Below are positions 46,205 through 55,443 of a DNA stretch of 64,000 bases, in pieces. Under the pieces are notes generated by a model. It did no database searches. It saw nothing but the letters and a program-made list of their open reading frames with translations, and was not told where the DNA came from. A program made the translations under genes and the position numbers. Within the stretch, counting starts at the first letter, position 1; each line of letters opens with the position of its first letter. Location of the stretch: NCBI GenBank assembly GCA_021789555.1, contig JAJYJK010000006.1, positions 36,445-100,444 of the forward strand, read 5' to 3'. The DNA is from Nitrospirota bacterium. Lineage in GTDB: Bacteria; Nitrospirota; Thermodesulfovibrionia; Thermodesulfovibrionales; JdFR-88.

Positions 46205-46866
46205 ATATCGAAACAGGAGATAACTGCACTCACTTTTTCAAGGTTTTAGTGGCAGCCCTCGCCCTTTTCATCTCCGTGTTTGCAATGGGCGCCGAAGGGG
46301 CCGCGCTCCCGGAGGCCGCCGCAAGGATACAGTCGGCTTACAGGCAGATCAGGGACGCAAGCGGCAGTTTCGAGCAGAAGAGCTACCTGAAGGACCTCGG
46401 CAAGACGGAGACCTACGGGGGGGATTTCATGATAAAGCTGCCCTCGAGGATGCGATACATCTACAAGACCGGCAGTCAGGACCAGGTAATCATAATGAAG
46501 GATACGGTCATTATCTATCAAAAGAAGGAAAATCAGGTCCTTAAGGGGAAGTTCGACGCCGGCACTTACGGGACGGCGCCCGTGGCCTTCCTGAGCGGGC
46601 TTGGCGACATAGAGCGGGATTTCCGCGTCACAGAGAAAAAAGGGGAGCTGATACTGAAACCGAAAGACCCGATGAGCGGCATCACATTCATAGAGGTCGA
46701 GCCTTCAAACGGGGCGTTCCCGGTAAAGAGCTTCCGCATTCACGACAGGTATGCAAATACCGTCCAGATAACCCTGAAGGACGTGAGACTAAACAGGGGG
46801 ATGAAGGATTCGGCCTTCGAATTCACCCCTCCGGCGGGCACAAGCGTCTTCGATTATACGCACTGA
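46201..46866 (+). CDS. lolA: LolA-like outer-membrane lipoprotein carrier protein
   Basis: Signal peptide, GSFEQKSYLKDLGKTETYGGDFMIKLPSRMRY, and the VIIYQKKENQV pattern typical of LolA. Confidence 0.65.
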   Translation: MNIETGDNCTHFFKVLVAALALFISVFAMGAEGAALPEAAARIQSAYRQIRDASGSFEQKSYLKDLGKTETYGGDFMIKLPSRMRYIYKTGSQDQVIIMKDTVIIYQKKENQVLKGKFDAGTYGTAPVAFLSGLGDIERDFRVTEKKGELILKPKDPMSGITFIEVEPSNGAFPVKSFRIHDRYANTVQITLKDVRLNRGMKDSAFEFTPPAGTSVFDYTH

Positions 46867-46870
46867 GATT

Positions 46871-47890
46871 GTGCTCATCCTGGCGATAGACACCTCCTGC
46901 GACGACACCTCGGCCAGCCTTGTGGAGTTCGAGGAGGCAAGCGGCGCAAAACCCCGCATCCTCTCGAACATCATTTCCTCCCAGACCGAGATACACGCAA
47001 AATACGGCGGGATAGTCCCGGAGCTTGCCTCAAGGAGGCATAACGAGCTGATATGGCCCGTGGTGGACGAGGCCATGGCCGCCGTTGGTGAAACTCCCCT
47101 TGAAGGGCTCTCCGCCATCGCCGTGTGCGCCGGCCCCGGGCTCATAGGCTCGCTGCTGGTGGGCTGCTCGTTTGCCAAGGCGGTCAGCTTCTCGAAAAAA
47201 ATCCCGCTCGTCGGCGTAAACCACCTCGAGGGCCATATACTCTCGGTGTTCCTCGAAGGCGCGGGGCCCCGGTTCCCCTATGTCTGCCTGATAGTGTCTG
47301 GCGGGCACACCTCGCTATACCTTGTGGAAGGGTTTATGCATTACCGGCTGTTGGGCAGAAGCCGCGATGACGCGGCCGGAGAGGCCTATGACAAGGTGGC
47401 GAAACTTTTGGGGCTGGGCTATCCCGGCGGGCCGGAGATAGACCGGCTGGCAAAAGAAGGAGACCCAAAGGCCATCGCCTTTCCGAGGGCCTATCTTCCC
47501 GGGACGCTCGATTTCAGTTTCAGCGGCCTGAAGACCGCTGTAGCCAATTTCCTTAAGGGCCATCAGCGGCCCTACGGACAGCAGATGGTCAGGGACGTGG
47601 CCGCCTCTTTCCAGGCGGCCGTCCTCGACGTGCTCATAAGAAAATGCCAGTGGGCGGCAAAAAAAACAGGCGCAGAAAATCTCGCCGTGGCAGGCGGGGT
47701 CGCCTCCAACAGCGCCCTTAAACATGGCATGAGCGAGATGGCCCGAAAGATGGAGATGGAGCTTTTCATCCCCTCGCCCGCCTTCTGCACCGACAACGCC
47801 GCCATGATCGCCATCGGCGGGTTTCATCGCCTGAAGGCCGGTGAGATATCGGGGGCCGGCCTGAACCCGCAGGCGTCGCTAAAACTCTAG
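46871..47890 (+). CDS. tsaD: tRNA N6-adenosine threonylcarbamoyltransferase
   Basis: ILAIDTSCDDTSA, VNHLEGH and AGGVASN motifs. Confidence 0.9.
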   Translation: MLILAIDTSCDDTSASLVEFEEASGAKPRILSNIISSQTEIHAKYGGIVPELASRRHNELIWPVVDEAMAAVGETPLEGLSAIAVCAGPGLIGSLLVGCSFAKAVSFSKKIPLVGVNHLEGHILSVFLEGAGPRFPYVCLIVSGGHTSLYLVEGFMHYRLLGRSRDDAAGEAYDKVAKLLGLGYPGGPEIDRLAKEGDPKAIAFPRAYLPGTLDFSFSGLKTAVANFLKGHQRPYGQQMVRDVAASFQAAVLDVLIRKCQWAAKKTGAENLAVAGGVASNSALKHGMSEMARKMEMELFIPSPAFCTDNAAMIAIGGFHRLKAGEISGAGLNPQASLKL

Positions 47891-48132
47891 ACATCCAAAA
47901 ATATCCATTTCCATTTCAAGAATTTCTCAAGGGGATTTTCTAAATATGTTTCTATTTTTAATTATTAATAAACATAACAATTACCTTATAAAGAACGCCT
48001 GCCTTTAAATTTACGGCCTTTTTTCCTAAATGAAATTACGAGGACAAAACCGAAATTATGAGCTAGAATTTTTTTCGGTGATGCGTGAAATTTCGAAACA
48101 GAAATTCAAAAATCCATTTAAACGATCTTTTC

Positions 48133-48160
48133 TTGACAAGGCGGCAAATTATAGTAGCAT
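48133..48160 (+). promoter_or_regulatory. candidate sigma70-type promoter for the cupredoxin/Cyc2-like operon
   Basis: TTGACA (48133-48138), a 16-nt spacer, then TAGCAT (48155-48160), inside a 390-bp AT-rich spacer. Sequence inspection only. Confidence 0.25.
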
Positions 48161-48278
48161 GAAAAAATCAAGTCTTTTGGCGATCGATACTTTCGCCACG
48201 GGCTGGGCGCGGCGGGACTCATCACAAGAATTGCATCTCGAATAAAGAACGATAAACCGGAGGAGAAAGGACAAGCGG

Positions 48279-49088
48279 ATGAAAAGAAACGCAGGACAAA
48301 AAATGCGTGGCATGTTCCGGTCAGGATTCGGACCCGCGCAAGGGGTATTCGCCATGATCAAGAAAATCGTCATATTGACAGCGCTGTTTTTCGTTTTGGG
48401 TATCCCCCTAAACTCCTTTGCCTACCAGGCCAGGGCGGTTTCAAACGGCGGGACGATCTCCGGCACGGTCATGTTTACCGGCGCCCCCGTCCCCAAGGAC
48501 CCTGTGATCCACCCGACCACCAATGTGAATTATTGCGGCAGGACGCTTCCGGCGCTGAAATACCTCATTAAAAACAGAAAAATTCAGAACGTGGTCGTCT
48601 TCATAAAAAATATCCAGGCAGGCGCACCGGCCCCCAGGCAGGCGTCCGTAGTCGACAACCTGAAATGCGCCTTTGTGCCGCACGTGGGGATCGGCTACCT
48701 GGGAAGCCCGCTCATTTTCAAGGATTCCGACCCCCTGTTCCACAATATCCACACCTATATCGAGGACCGTACCTATTACAATGTCGGCCTGCCTTTCAAG
48801 GGCGCGCAGGTCACAAAGGTCCTCACAAGGACGGGGATCATCGAGATAACCTGCGACGCCCACCCGTGGATGCGCGGATATCTCTACGTGTTTGACAATC
48901 CCTATGCCGCGATGACCGGACCGAACGGCGAGTTTATGCTAAGAGACGTCCCGCCCGGCACTTATACTGTTGAGGCCTGGCACGAGGCGCTCGGGACGGT
49001 CGATCTGGGCAATGTGAGGGTGGAAAGCGGAAAGACCACAACGATCAAACTGGATTTCAAAAAAGGCCCGAGCAGGCATGAATTTTAA
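48279..49088 (+). CDS. secreted cupredoxin (amicyanin-type type-1 Cu site) with CarboxypepD_reg-like beta-sandwich regions
   Basis: The signal peptide begins at the alternative ATG at 48354 (MIKKIVILTALFFVLGIPLNSFA). Copper-ligand pattern: FHNIH...CDAHPWM (C-x2-H-x2-M, as in amicyanin CTPHPFM). C-terminal PPGTYTVEAWHE segment. Confidence 0.6.
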   Translation: MKRNAGQKMRGMFRSGFGPAQGVFAMIKKIVILTALFFVLGIPLNSFAYQARAVSNGGTISGTVMFTGAPVPKDPVIHPTTNVNYCGRTLPALKYLIKNRKIQNVVVFIKNIQAGAPAPRQASVVDNLKCAFVPHVGIGYLGSPLIFKDSDPLFHNIHTYIEDRTYYNVGLPFKGAQVTKVLTRTGIIEITCDAHPWMRGYLYVFDNPYAAMTGPNGEFMLRDVPPGTYTVEAWHEALGTVDLGNVRVESGKTTTIKLDFKKGPSRHEF

Positions 49089-49116
49089 TCTCCAGTCAAA
49101 TTCCAAGGAGGTCCTG

Positions 49117-50565
49117 ATGAAAAAGACCGGATTTTTTCTTGTCCTGATCGCCTCTTTTTTCGTCTTGTCCCTGGCGCAAAACTCGGAAGCCGTCCCCTCG
49201 TATTCGCGCCAGCTCAAGGTATCCTGCACGGCCTGCCATACGATATGGCCGAACTTGAACCAGTACGGCAGGCAGTTCAAGGTGAAGGCGTATACGGATG
49301 CCTCTCCCGACTGGGGCGTCATCTCCGAGGATAAACTCAATCTATTTTATGTCTTCCCGATTTCAGCGCGCATCATGTTTATTCCCTACCAGATTGAGCA
49401 GGACGCTGCCGGGTCGTCTCCCAGCGCGGGAAGCCCCGGGTACGGCAATGGCGGTTACAATGCCAACTCAACGGAAATTGACAATATGCAGCTCTTCATC
49501 GCGGGCAGGATTTACAAGTATGCCGGCGTATTCACCAGCATAGAGAGCGGCTCGGTGCCAAATGGAGACACTAGTGGAAACTTCAATCTGGCGGTCGCCA
49601 AAGTCGCTTTCGCATACCCGGTGTCCGAGGGCAACACCCTTGGAGCGGTGCTTTTTTGGGGCTTGCCCACCGCCGCAGACCCGTTTAACAGCCTTGGCGG
49701 CTGGGACAGGGACATAGCCACGCCTGACGACGAGACCCTCCCGTGGGTCCTTACCAAGGGCTGGACGGGCAGTTTTTGGAGCGGAAGCAACTATGGCGCG
49801 GTAGTACATGGATACTTCCTGGGCAACAGGCTCTATGCGGCCATCGGCGGCATGAGGAGCGGGGACGTCGCGGACGCAGACAGCGGAAATGCCGGCTTCA
49901 TGCACCAGTTGCCAGGCACCCCCTTTAAAACCGCAAAAGGGGTGACAGGTAATCCGTTTGGGGGGTATGCGCGCGCCGCATGGGACCAGGAACTATCTAA
50001 CGGGGCCGTCACCTTCGGCGGCACGGTCTACACCGGGCGTGAAGACGTGCTTGCCTCAGACGGCGTATCCATCGTCAGCACACACGTAAACAGGCAATAT
50101 ATCGACGCCTCGCTGGAACAGAATTTCGGAGCTGACCACCTGGTGGAGGCAAAGGCGATTTATGGATTCGGCCAGGAATCGGGGCTAGCGCCGCTGGAGG
50201 CAATCTCGGCCGGGAAGCCTGGCACCTTGGGACCAGTTGCCGGCGGGACTCCTGAAGACAAGAGGAATTTCAACGGCGGGGCAATAGAGGCGGACTACTT
50301 CTACCAGAGGACCTACGGCATAGTGGGCCAGTATAACTGGGTCACCAACTCCAAGGTCCAGGCCGCTGATTTCGATCCCGCGACCAGCCAGCACACATGG
50401 CTTGTGGGCCTGAACTATCTGCCGTGGCTCAATACCAAGATACAGTTCATCTACGCCAATGTAAGGAGCAATTACCTGACAGACCCGTCCGGTACCGTTA
50501 CCGGGGCCAATGGTTCTTCCGAGACGGACAAGATATACAAAGTTCTGGTGGACGTGGCGTTCTAG
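49117..50565 (+). CDS. cyc2: Cyc2-like fused monoheme cytochrome c - outer-membrane beta-barrel porin
   Basis: The ATG at 49117 follows AAGGAGG. Signal peptide ...AQNSEA. A single CTACH haem motif 13 residues into the mature protein is followed by PNL (PxL). About 440 aa of Gly/Tyr/aromatic-rich alternating sequence ends in a terminal Phe (VLVDVAF). Confidence 0.6.
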   Translation: MKKTGFFLVLIASFFVLSLAQNSEAVPSYSRQLKVSCTACHTIWPNLNQYGRQFKVKAYTDASPDWGVISEDKLNLFYVFPISARIMFIPYQIEQDAAGSSPSAGSPGYGNGGYNANSTEIDNMQLFIAGRIYKYAGVFTSIESGSVPNGDTSGNFNLAVAKVAFAYPVSEGNTLGAVLFWGLPTAADPFNSLGGWDRDIATPDDETLPWVLTKGWTGSFWSGSNYGAVVHGYFLGNRLYAAIGGMRSGDVADADSGNAGFMHQLPGTPFKTAKGVTGNPFGGYARAAWDQELSNGAVTFGGTVYTGREDVLASDGVSIVSTHVNRQYIDASLEQNFGADHLVEAKAIYGFGQESGLAPLEAISAGKPGTLGPVAGGTPEDKRNFNGGAIEADYFYQRTYGIVGQYNWVTNSKVQAADFDPATSQHTWLVGLNYLPWLNTKIQFIYANVRSNYLTDPSGTVTGANGSSETDKIYKVLVDVAF

Positions 50566-50578
50566 AGAGGATATTTTG

Positions 50579-52476
50579 ATGGCGGAGACAACGGTAGGCA
50601 GGGGTGTTTTCAAGGGGATAATAAAATTCCTCGCCATCCTCGGCGCGGGATTTGCCGCCCTTTTCATTCTCAAGGGGGTGCTTGCTGCGCCCACGGCGGA
50701 GGGCTACAGGTTTTTCCCGGTCATAGGCAGCCGGGACTGGATATGGGTCGTCGCGCAGACACACCTCAATTTCGCGGCGTTTGTCCTTGGGGTGCCGATA
50801 TTCGCCGTGACGATGGAATTCATCGGGTGGAGGAAGGCCGACCCGCGCCTTGACCGCATCGCATACGATTTCGCAAAACTCTTTACCCTGGCATATACCT
50901 TCACGGCGCTCATGGGCGCGGTCTTCCTCGTAAGCGTGCCCCTGCTCTACCCGAAGTTCATCTCCTGCATGATGCAGATACTCGGCTATACCTGGTGGCT
51001 CTATCTGTGCGTGATGTTTGCGGAAGTGGTGATCTGCTACCTCTATTTCTATTCCTGGAACCGGATGAAGGAGAAAAAGGGGCTCCATGTATTTCTGGGC
51101 GCGTTGCTGAACCTCTTCGGGGTATTGATCCTGCTCATCACCAGCGTCCGGGTCGGGTTCATGACCACCCCGGCGGGGGTCAGCAAGACCGGAGAGCTTA
51201 TAAACAGGTGGGCGACGATACACACCCATATGTGGCTGCCCCTCAGCCTGCACAGGTTCATCGCGAACATCGTATTCGGGGCGGGGATTGCGGCCGATGG
51301 GCATCCAGCTCATGGGCGGTTTCTTCGCATGGCTATGGGTCATGCAGGCCATGCTCATAGGCGCGATACTCTTCTTCATCAACTATTACCTGTGGATATC
51401 GCTGCATAAGATGCCGGGTGGCGAGCGCTATTTCGGATATGTGAAGTACCTGTTCATAGTTGTCCTGCTGGGGTTCGTGGTATGGGTCACGCCTCATGAC
51501 ATAGCCCTCTCCCTCTCGGGGCCAGGAGGATAGGTTCTTATCACCCGGTCCTTGGCAAACTGGGCGTCATGGCGGCCAAGAACACCGCGGTGATACTTTC
51601 CTATCTGGCCACCTTCCTCTCCTTTTCCATCTTCAGGATGAGCAACAAGGAGCCGGTCGTCTCATGGGCCGGGGCGGGCCGCCGTGATAAGGGGGCTGAT
51701 AATCACCGTCTCCACGGGCGGCGTGCTGTTTCTGGGGGTGCTGGGCTACACCGTCTCCGCCGCCGTAAGGGTAAGAGTGCTCTCCCCCATACAGTTCAGT
51801 TTGTTTTTCGCCGCCATTTTGGCCCTTTTCCTCCTTGACTTCTTCATGTACAGGGGCGCAAGGATAATCGGCGAGCCGCGCTGGGGACAGATGCCCGAAC
51901 GCTCGCAGTACGCGCTCATCGGGATAACCGTCACGTTCACATGGCTGACAATGAAGACCGGCGTGCTCAAACTCGCCCTGATCGTGATAGTCCTAAACCT
52001 TGCCTTTTTGTATATAGGCATCGAGTACCTTCCCCAGTCCGAATCGAGGCCGCCCAAGACGATAGTGCTGAAGCCGGGCATCTCGCAGGCGGACCTCGTG
52101 TCCATCGGCGAGAAGATAGTCTTCGACAAGGGGCAGTGCATGGTCTGCCACAGCGAAACGCCGTCTACAACGGAGCGGGCGCCGGCCATGGCCACCATAG
52201 GCGCCGAAATCGCAAGGGAGGCGAAAGAGCGCGGCATAACGCCGGAGCAGCACCTGTTCGAGTCGCTGGTGAGCCCCGTGGCGTATATCGTGAAAGGGTT
52301 TAAAACATAATGCCCGCCGCCAATGAGTCGCCAACGTCCCTTACGGACGGGGAGATAATCGCGATGGCCGCATACCTGCAGAGCCAGGGCTCAAACGTAA
52401 CGGTCTCGTACCCGGGCTCCGTGCCTCTGCTAAAGGCGGAGGAGGCGAAGGCGGCAAGGGGCGAAAAGGGCAAATG
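50579..52476 (+). pseudogene. cytochrome bd-like oxidase (CydA-like) with C-terminal cytochrome c domain, interrupted by four frameshifts
   Basis: CydA-like N-terminus (AQTHLNFAAFVLGVPIFAVTMEFIGW), many TM segments and a CMVCH haem c motif. The reading frame changes near 51290, 51525, 51675 and 52305. The stitched product is about 630 aa. Confidence 0.6.
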
Positions 52477-52610
52477 AGAACAAATGAAATGAAAAACGGG
52501 AAAAAGAGACGTCATGCCCGAGGCATTAGTCAGGCGCCCTTCTCAAAAAGGAATTTTGAGATGGGTCCTGTTCAAATCAGGCGCGGCATCGAAATGGAGG
52601 GAGCCCGGTA

Positions 52611-53321
52611 ATGCAATACATATTCCCGGCAGTCGCCGTCATCGGGCTTGCAATAGCCATCGCCGCCGCATTCAGGAAGGCCGTTGCCCTGGGCCTCGAG
52701 TTCGGCATGGATGTCGAGGCCGTCTCCGTCTACGACCCCCATTTCCACAGGCGGGCCTTTGAATCGCTGGTAAAAGTCCTCTCCGATGAGGCCCAGAAGT
52801 TATTCAAGTTCAAGGAGCAGGAGAAACTCCATGACGAAATAATCGATGACGGACTGGGAAAGATATACCAGGGCGCCCTGGAAGAGGCCAGGCAGGAGGG
52901 CCTTAAATCCGGGGTGGAGGTGAAGACGACCCTGCTTGCCGGAAAGGCCGCCCACGAGATATGCGAGCACCTGAAAAAAGACCCGCCCTCACTCTTTGTG
53001 GCGGGCAGGTTTGGCGCCCACCGGGCCGAGGAACTGGATATCGGCAATACGGCCGAGAATCTCCTGCGGACGTCGCCCGTCCTGGAATCGTTAAGAACGG
53101 CTGGGAACGCGCTTAAAGGCAAATGCGGGGCCTGCGAATACCGCCTGCTCTGCGGGGGATGCAGGGCCCGTGCGTATGCCCTTCGGGGGGACTACCTTGA
53201 TGAAGACCCGTGGTGCGCGTACGGCACCCGCTGCAGGCGAGGTGATAAAACCTCCAGCGCCCGCGGCGGATGCCGGTCCGGAGACGGATGCGCGCCCCCA
53301 ATGGAGCCGGCAGGCCAGTGA
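52611..53321 (+). pseudogene. chimeric ORF: universal stress protein domain joined to the SPASM tail of a radical SAM enzyme
   Basis: A USP-like core (...[31 protein letters not shown]) runs directly into [33 protein letters not shown]. No radical SAM core is present. Confidence 0.4.
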
Positions 53322-53694
53322 GCGATTAAACCGGGTCCCTTATTTCGTGAGGGCCATGGTAAAGGCGGCGGTGGAGCGCTACGCAGCCGAGCGGGGCTGC
53401 AGCGAAATCACGCCGGAGATGATGGAGGAACTTAAAAGCCGGGTAAGGAGGCCGGCAAAGGCTTTTTTGCTCCGGGTGGCCCGGAGGGGGAATTTATGGC
53501 GGCTGTTCAGCATGCTCTCCGTCGCCGCCGCTGTATTCGTCCTCGTATACCACGGCCTCATAAGGAAGGATTTCAGCGGGCTGGTATTTTTGGTGATACT
53601 TCTTCTGCTTTTGTCGGCGCGCTCCCAGCTCAGGATATGGAAGTGCGCCAGGATATTCGATAAGGTAAAAGCTCAAATCGCCGGCGGCCAGTGA
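53170..53694 (+). CDS. PCP-reductase-like domain protein with C-terminal TM segments (start uncertain; possibly frameshifted continuation of the preceding ORF)
   Basis: [41 protein letters not shown] matches the PCP_red-type domain pattern. Two hydrophobic segments follow. Confidence 0.45.
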   Translation: MRMPFGGTTLMKTRGARTAPAAGEVIKPPAPAADAGPETDARPQWSRQASERLNRVPYFVRAMVKAAVERYAAERGCSEITPEMMEELKSRVRRPAKAFLLRVARRGNLWRLFSMLSVAAAVFVLVYHGLIRKDFSGLVFLVILLLLLSARSQLRIWKCARIFDKVKAQIAGGQ

Positions 53695-54063
53695 TGGAAG
53701 GCAGGGTCACATCCGGCAGGATACCGTCAAGGTGCCTGGACTGGCTCGTCGGCAGCCGGCTTGGATTCCTGCGCGACATGCCAAGAGGCGGCCGGAAACA
53801 TGCGCGACAACCCCCGCGCAAGCCTTCTTTATTCAGGGATGAAAACCCTCCCGGGCGGCATGGAGTACATAAGTTTTCAGGTGAACGGCACTATCCGGAT
53901 ACTTGAGAAAGAAAGTGGAAACCCTTATTACAGGTTCCTGCTGGCGTCGAGAAAACTCTTCGAGTTCGAAAAGTTCCACCTCTTCCAGTCCGATTATCCA
54001 TTCGGCTATCTTATCCGGGTGGACGAGGTGCTGGACAAATCCCCGTTTTCGAAGGGCCGCTGA
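53694..54063 (+). pseudogene. pyridoxamine 5'-phosphate oxidase-like remnant
   Basis: The N-terminal piece in one frame ([26 protein letters not shown]) continues in another frame (ATCQEAAGNMRDNPRASLLYSG...). The result is shorter than the family norm. Weak call. Confidence 0.3.
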
Positions 54064-54099
54064 TATAAAGGCTTGTCAACGGGAAATCAAGAGCGGCTT

Positions 54100-55443
54100 T
54101 TAAAGCCTGGCAAGCAGGCAGAGGACTTCGATGTGGTATGTATGGGGGAAGAAATCCACGAGCCGTACGGACTCCACCTTGTATTTTTCCAAAAACTTCT
54201 TTACGTCCCTTGCGAGGGTCGCGGGATTGCAGGATATATAGAGCAGCCTTTCCGGTTGCATCTCCAGCAGTCTCCTTGCCGCCTCCCGGCTGAGACCGGG
54301 CCTCGGCGGGTCCACGATAACGGCGTCGAAGTTTTTTTGCCCCTTCGAGTGGAATTTTTCAAAGGAGGTTTTGATGAATTTCATGTTCCTGATGCCGTTT
54401 AGCTCCAGGTTCCTGATGCCGTCCTTTACCGACGGGGCGTTATCCTCCACGGCCGTAATTTTTTTTGCCTCGGGGCTCAAGGGGATGGAGAAATTCCCTC
54501 CCCCGGCGTAAATATCGAGCAGGGTCCCGCCGGAGGCGGGCCCGAGCATTTCCTTCACCGCTTCGACCGCCTTTAAGTTCAGGCGCCAGTTGCTCTGGAA
54601 AAAACTCAAGGGAGAAACGCTGTAAGCGAAGCCGCCCAGCTCGAAGCTCACAAACCCCCTGCCGCGATAGCTGCCGTCGTCGAAAAACACGGTGTCGAAC
54701 CCGGCGTCTGCGTATTCCCGCGATAAAATCTCATCGAACCCCCGCCCCTTTATGAGCGCCGAGGGCCCTGCGGGCCCCTCTCCAAAAAGCCCTGCCTCCG
54801 GTGAAGGTGCGCTATCGTCCCCATGATGGCCGGCCATCTCGCGGCCGCCCGATTCGTCCATTTCATATCCACCCGGTTTGTCCCCCCTGTATCCAACCGT
54901 CACGTGCACTTCCCTTACGCCCTCAAGCGGCAGGCGCTTTATCGTCTGCAAGGCATCGTTTACGCCGTCGGCGAGCAGGGGGCATTCGCTTACCGGCACG
55001 ACGTCACGGGAGCCTTCCCTGAAAAAGCCGACTGAACCTTCGGCTGAAATCTTGAATTGGGCCCTGTGCCTGTACCCGGTGTCATGCCCGGTAATCGGGG
55101 CGGCAGGCTCGATCTCGAGCCCCGCGATGCGTTTAAAAGAATCCATTATTATGGCTTTTTTCATGATGACCTGCCCCTCGTATGACGCGTGCTGCAGATG
55201 GCAGCCGCCGCAGTTGAAGACTCCGAAATGGAGGCAAAAAGGCTCCACCCGCAGTTCCGACGGCTCCAACACCTCCGACACGGTTGCAACGCTGTAGTCC
55301 CTTTTTTTCTCGTTCACCACGGCATCGACCGTCTCGCCGGGCAGCGCGCCCTTTACGAAAACGACCCCTTCATCTCCGGCCCCATCGCCCCTGGCAATAG
55401 TAAAACCCCCGTAAACGGGTATCTCGGTCCTCACCCGTATCAT
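54100..55443 (-). CDS. 23S rRNA/tRNA (uracil-5-)-methyltransferase, RumA/TrmA family
   Basis: TRAM-like N-terminus, a Cys cluster (CLHFGVFNCGGCHLQH), the SAM motif LLDIYAGGGNF and the catalytic region LLYISCNPATLARD. The ATG at 55443 overlaps the response-regulator stop (ATGA). Confidence 0.8.
   Translation of the reverse strand: MIRVRTEIPVYGGFTIARGDGAGDEGVVFVKGALPGETVDAVVNEKKRDYSVATVSEVLEPSELRVEPFCLHFGVFNCGGCHLQHASYEGQVIMKKAIIMDSFKRIAGLEIEPAAPITGHDTGYRHRAQFKISAEGSVGFFREGSRDVVPVSECPLLADGVNDALQTIKRLPLEGVREVHVTVGYRGDKPGGYEMDESGGREMAGHHGDDSAPSPEAGLFGEGPAGPSALIKGRGFDEILSREYADAGFDTVFFDDGSYRGRGFVSFELGGFAYSVSPLSFFQSNWRLNLKAVEAVKEMLGPASGGTLLDIYAGGGNFSIPLSPEAKKITAVEDNAPSVKDGIRNLELNGIRNMKFIKTSFEKFHSKGQKNFDAVIVDPPRPGLSREAARRLLEMQPERLLYISCNPATLARDVKKFLEKYKVESVRLVDFFPHTYHIEVLCLLARL

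Noticed and set aside
48030-48245. 71-aa ORF in the AT-rich spacer upstream of the cupredoxin gene
   Set aside because: It has no RBS, a Lys/Phe/Asn-rich translation driven by AT content, and no motif. The region is more plausibly regulatory DNA.
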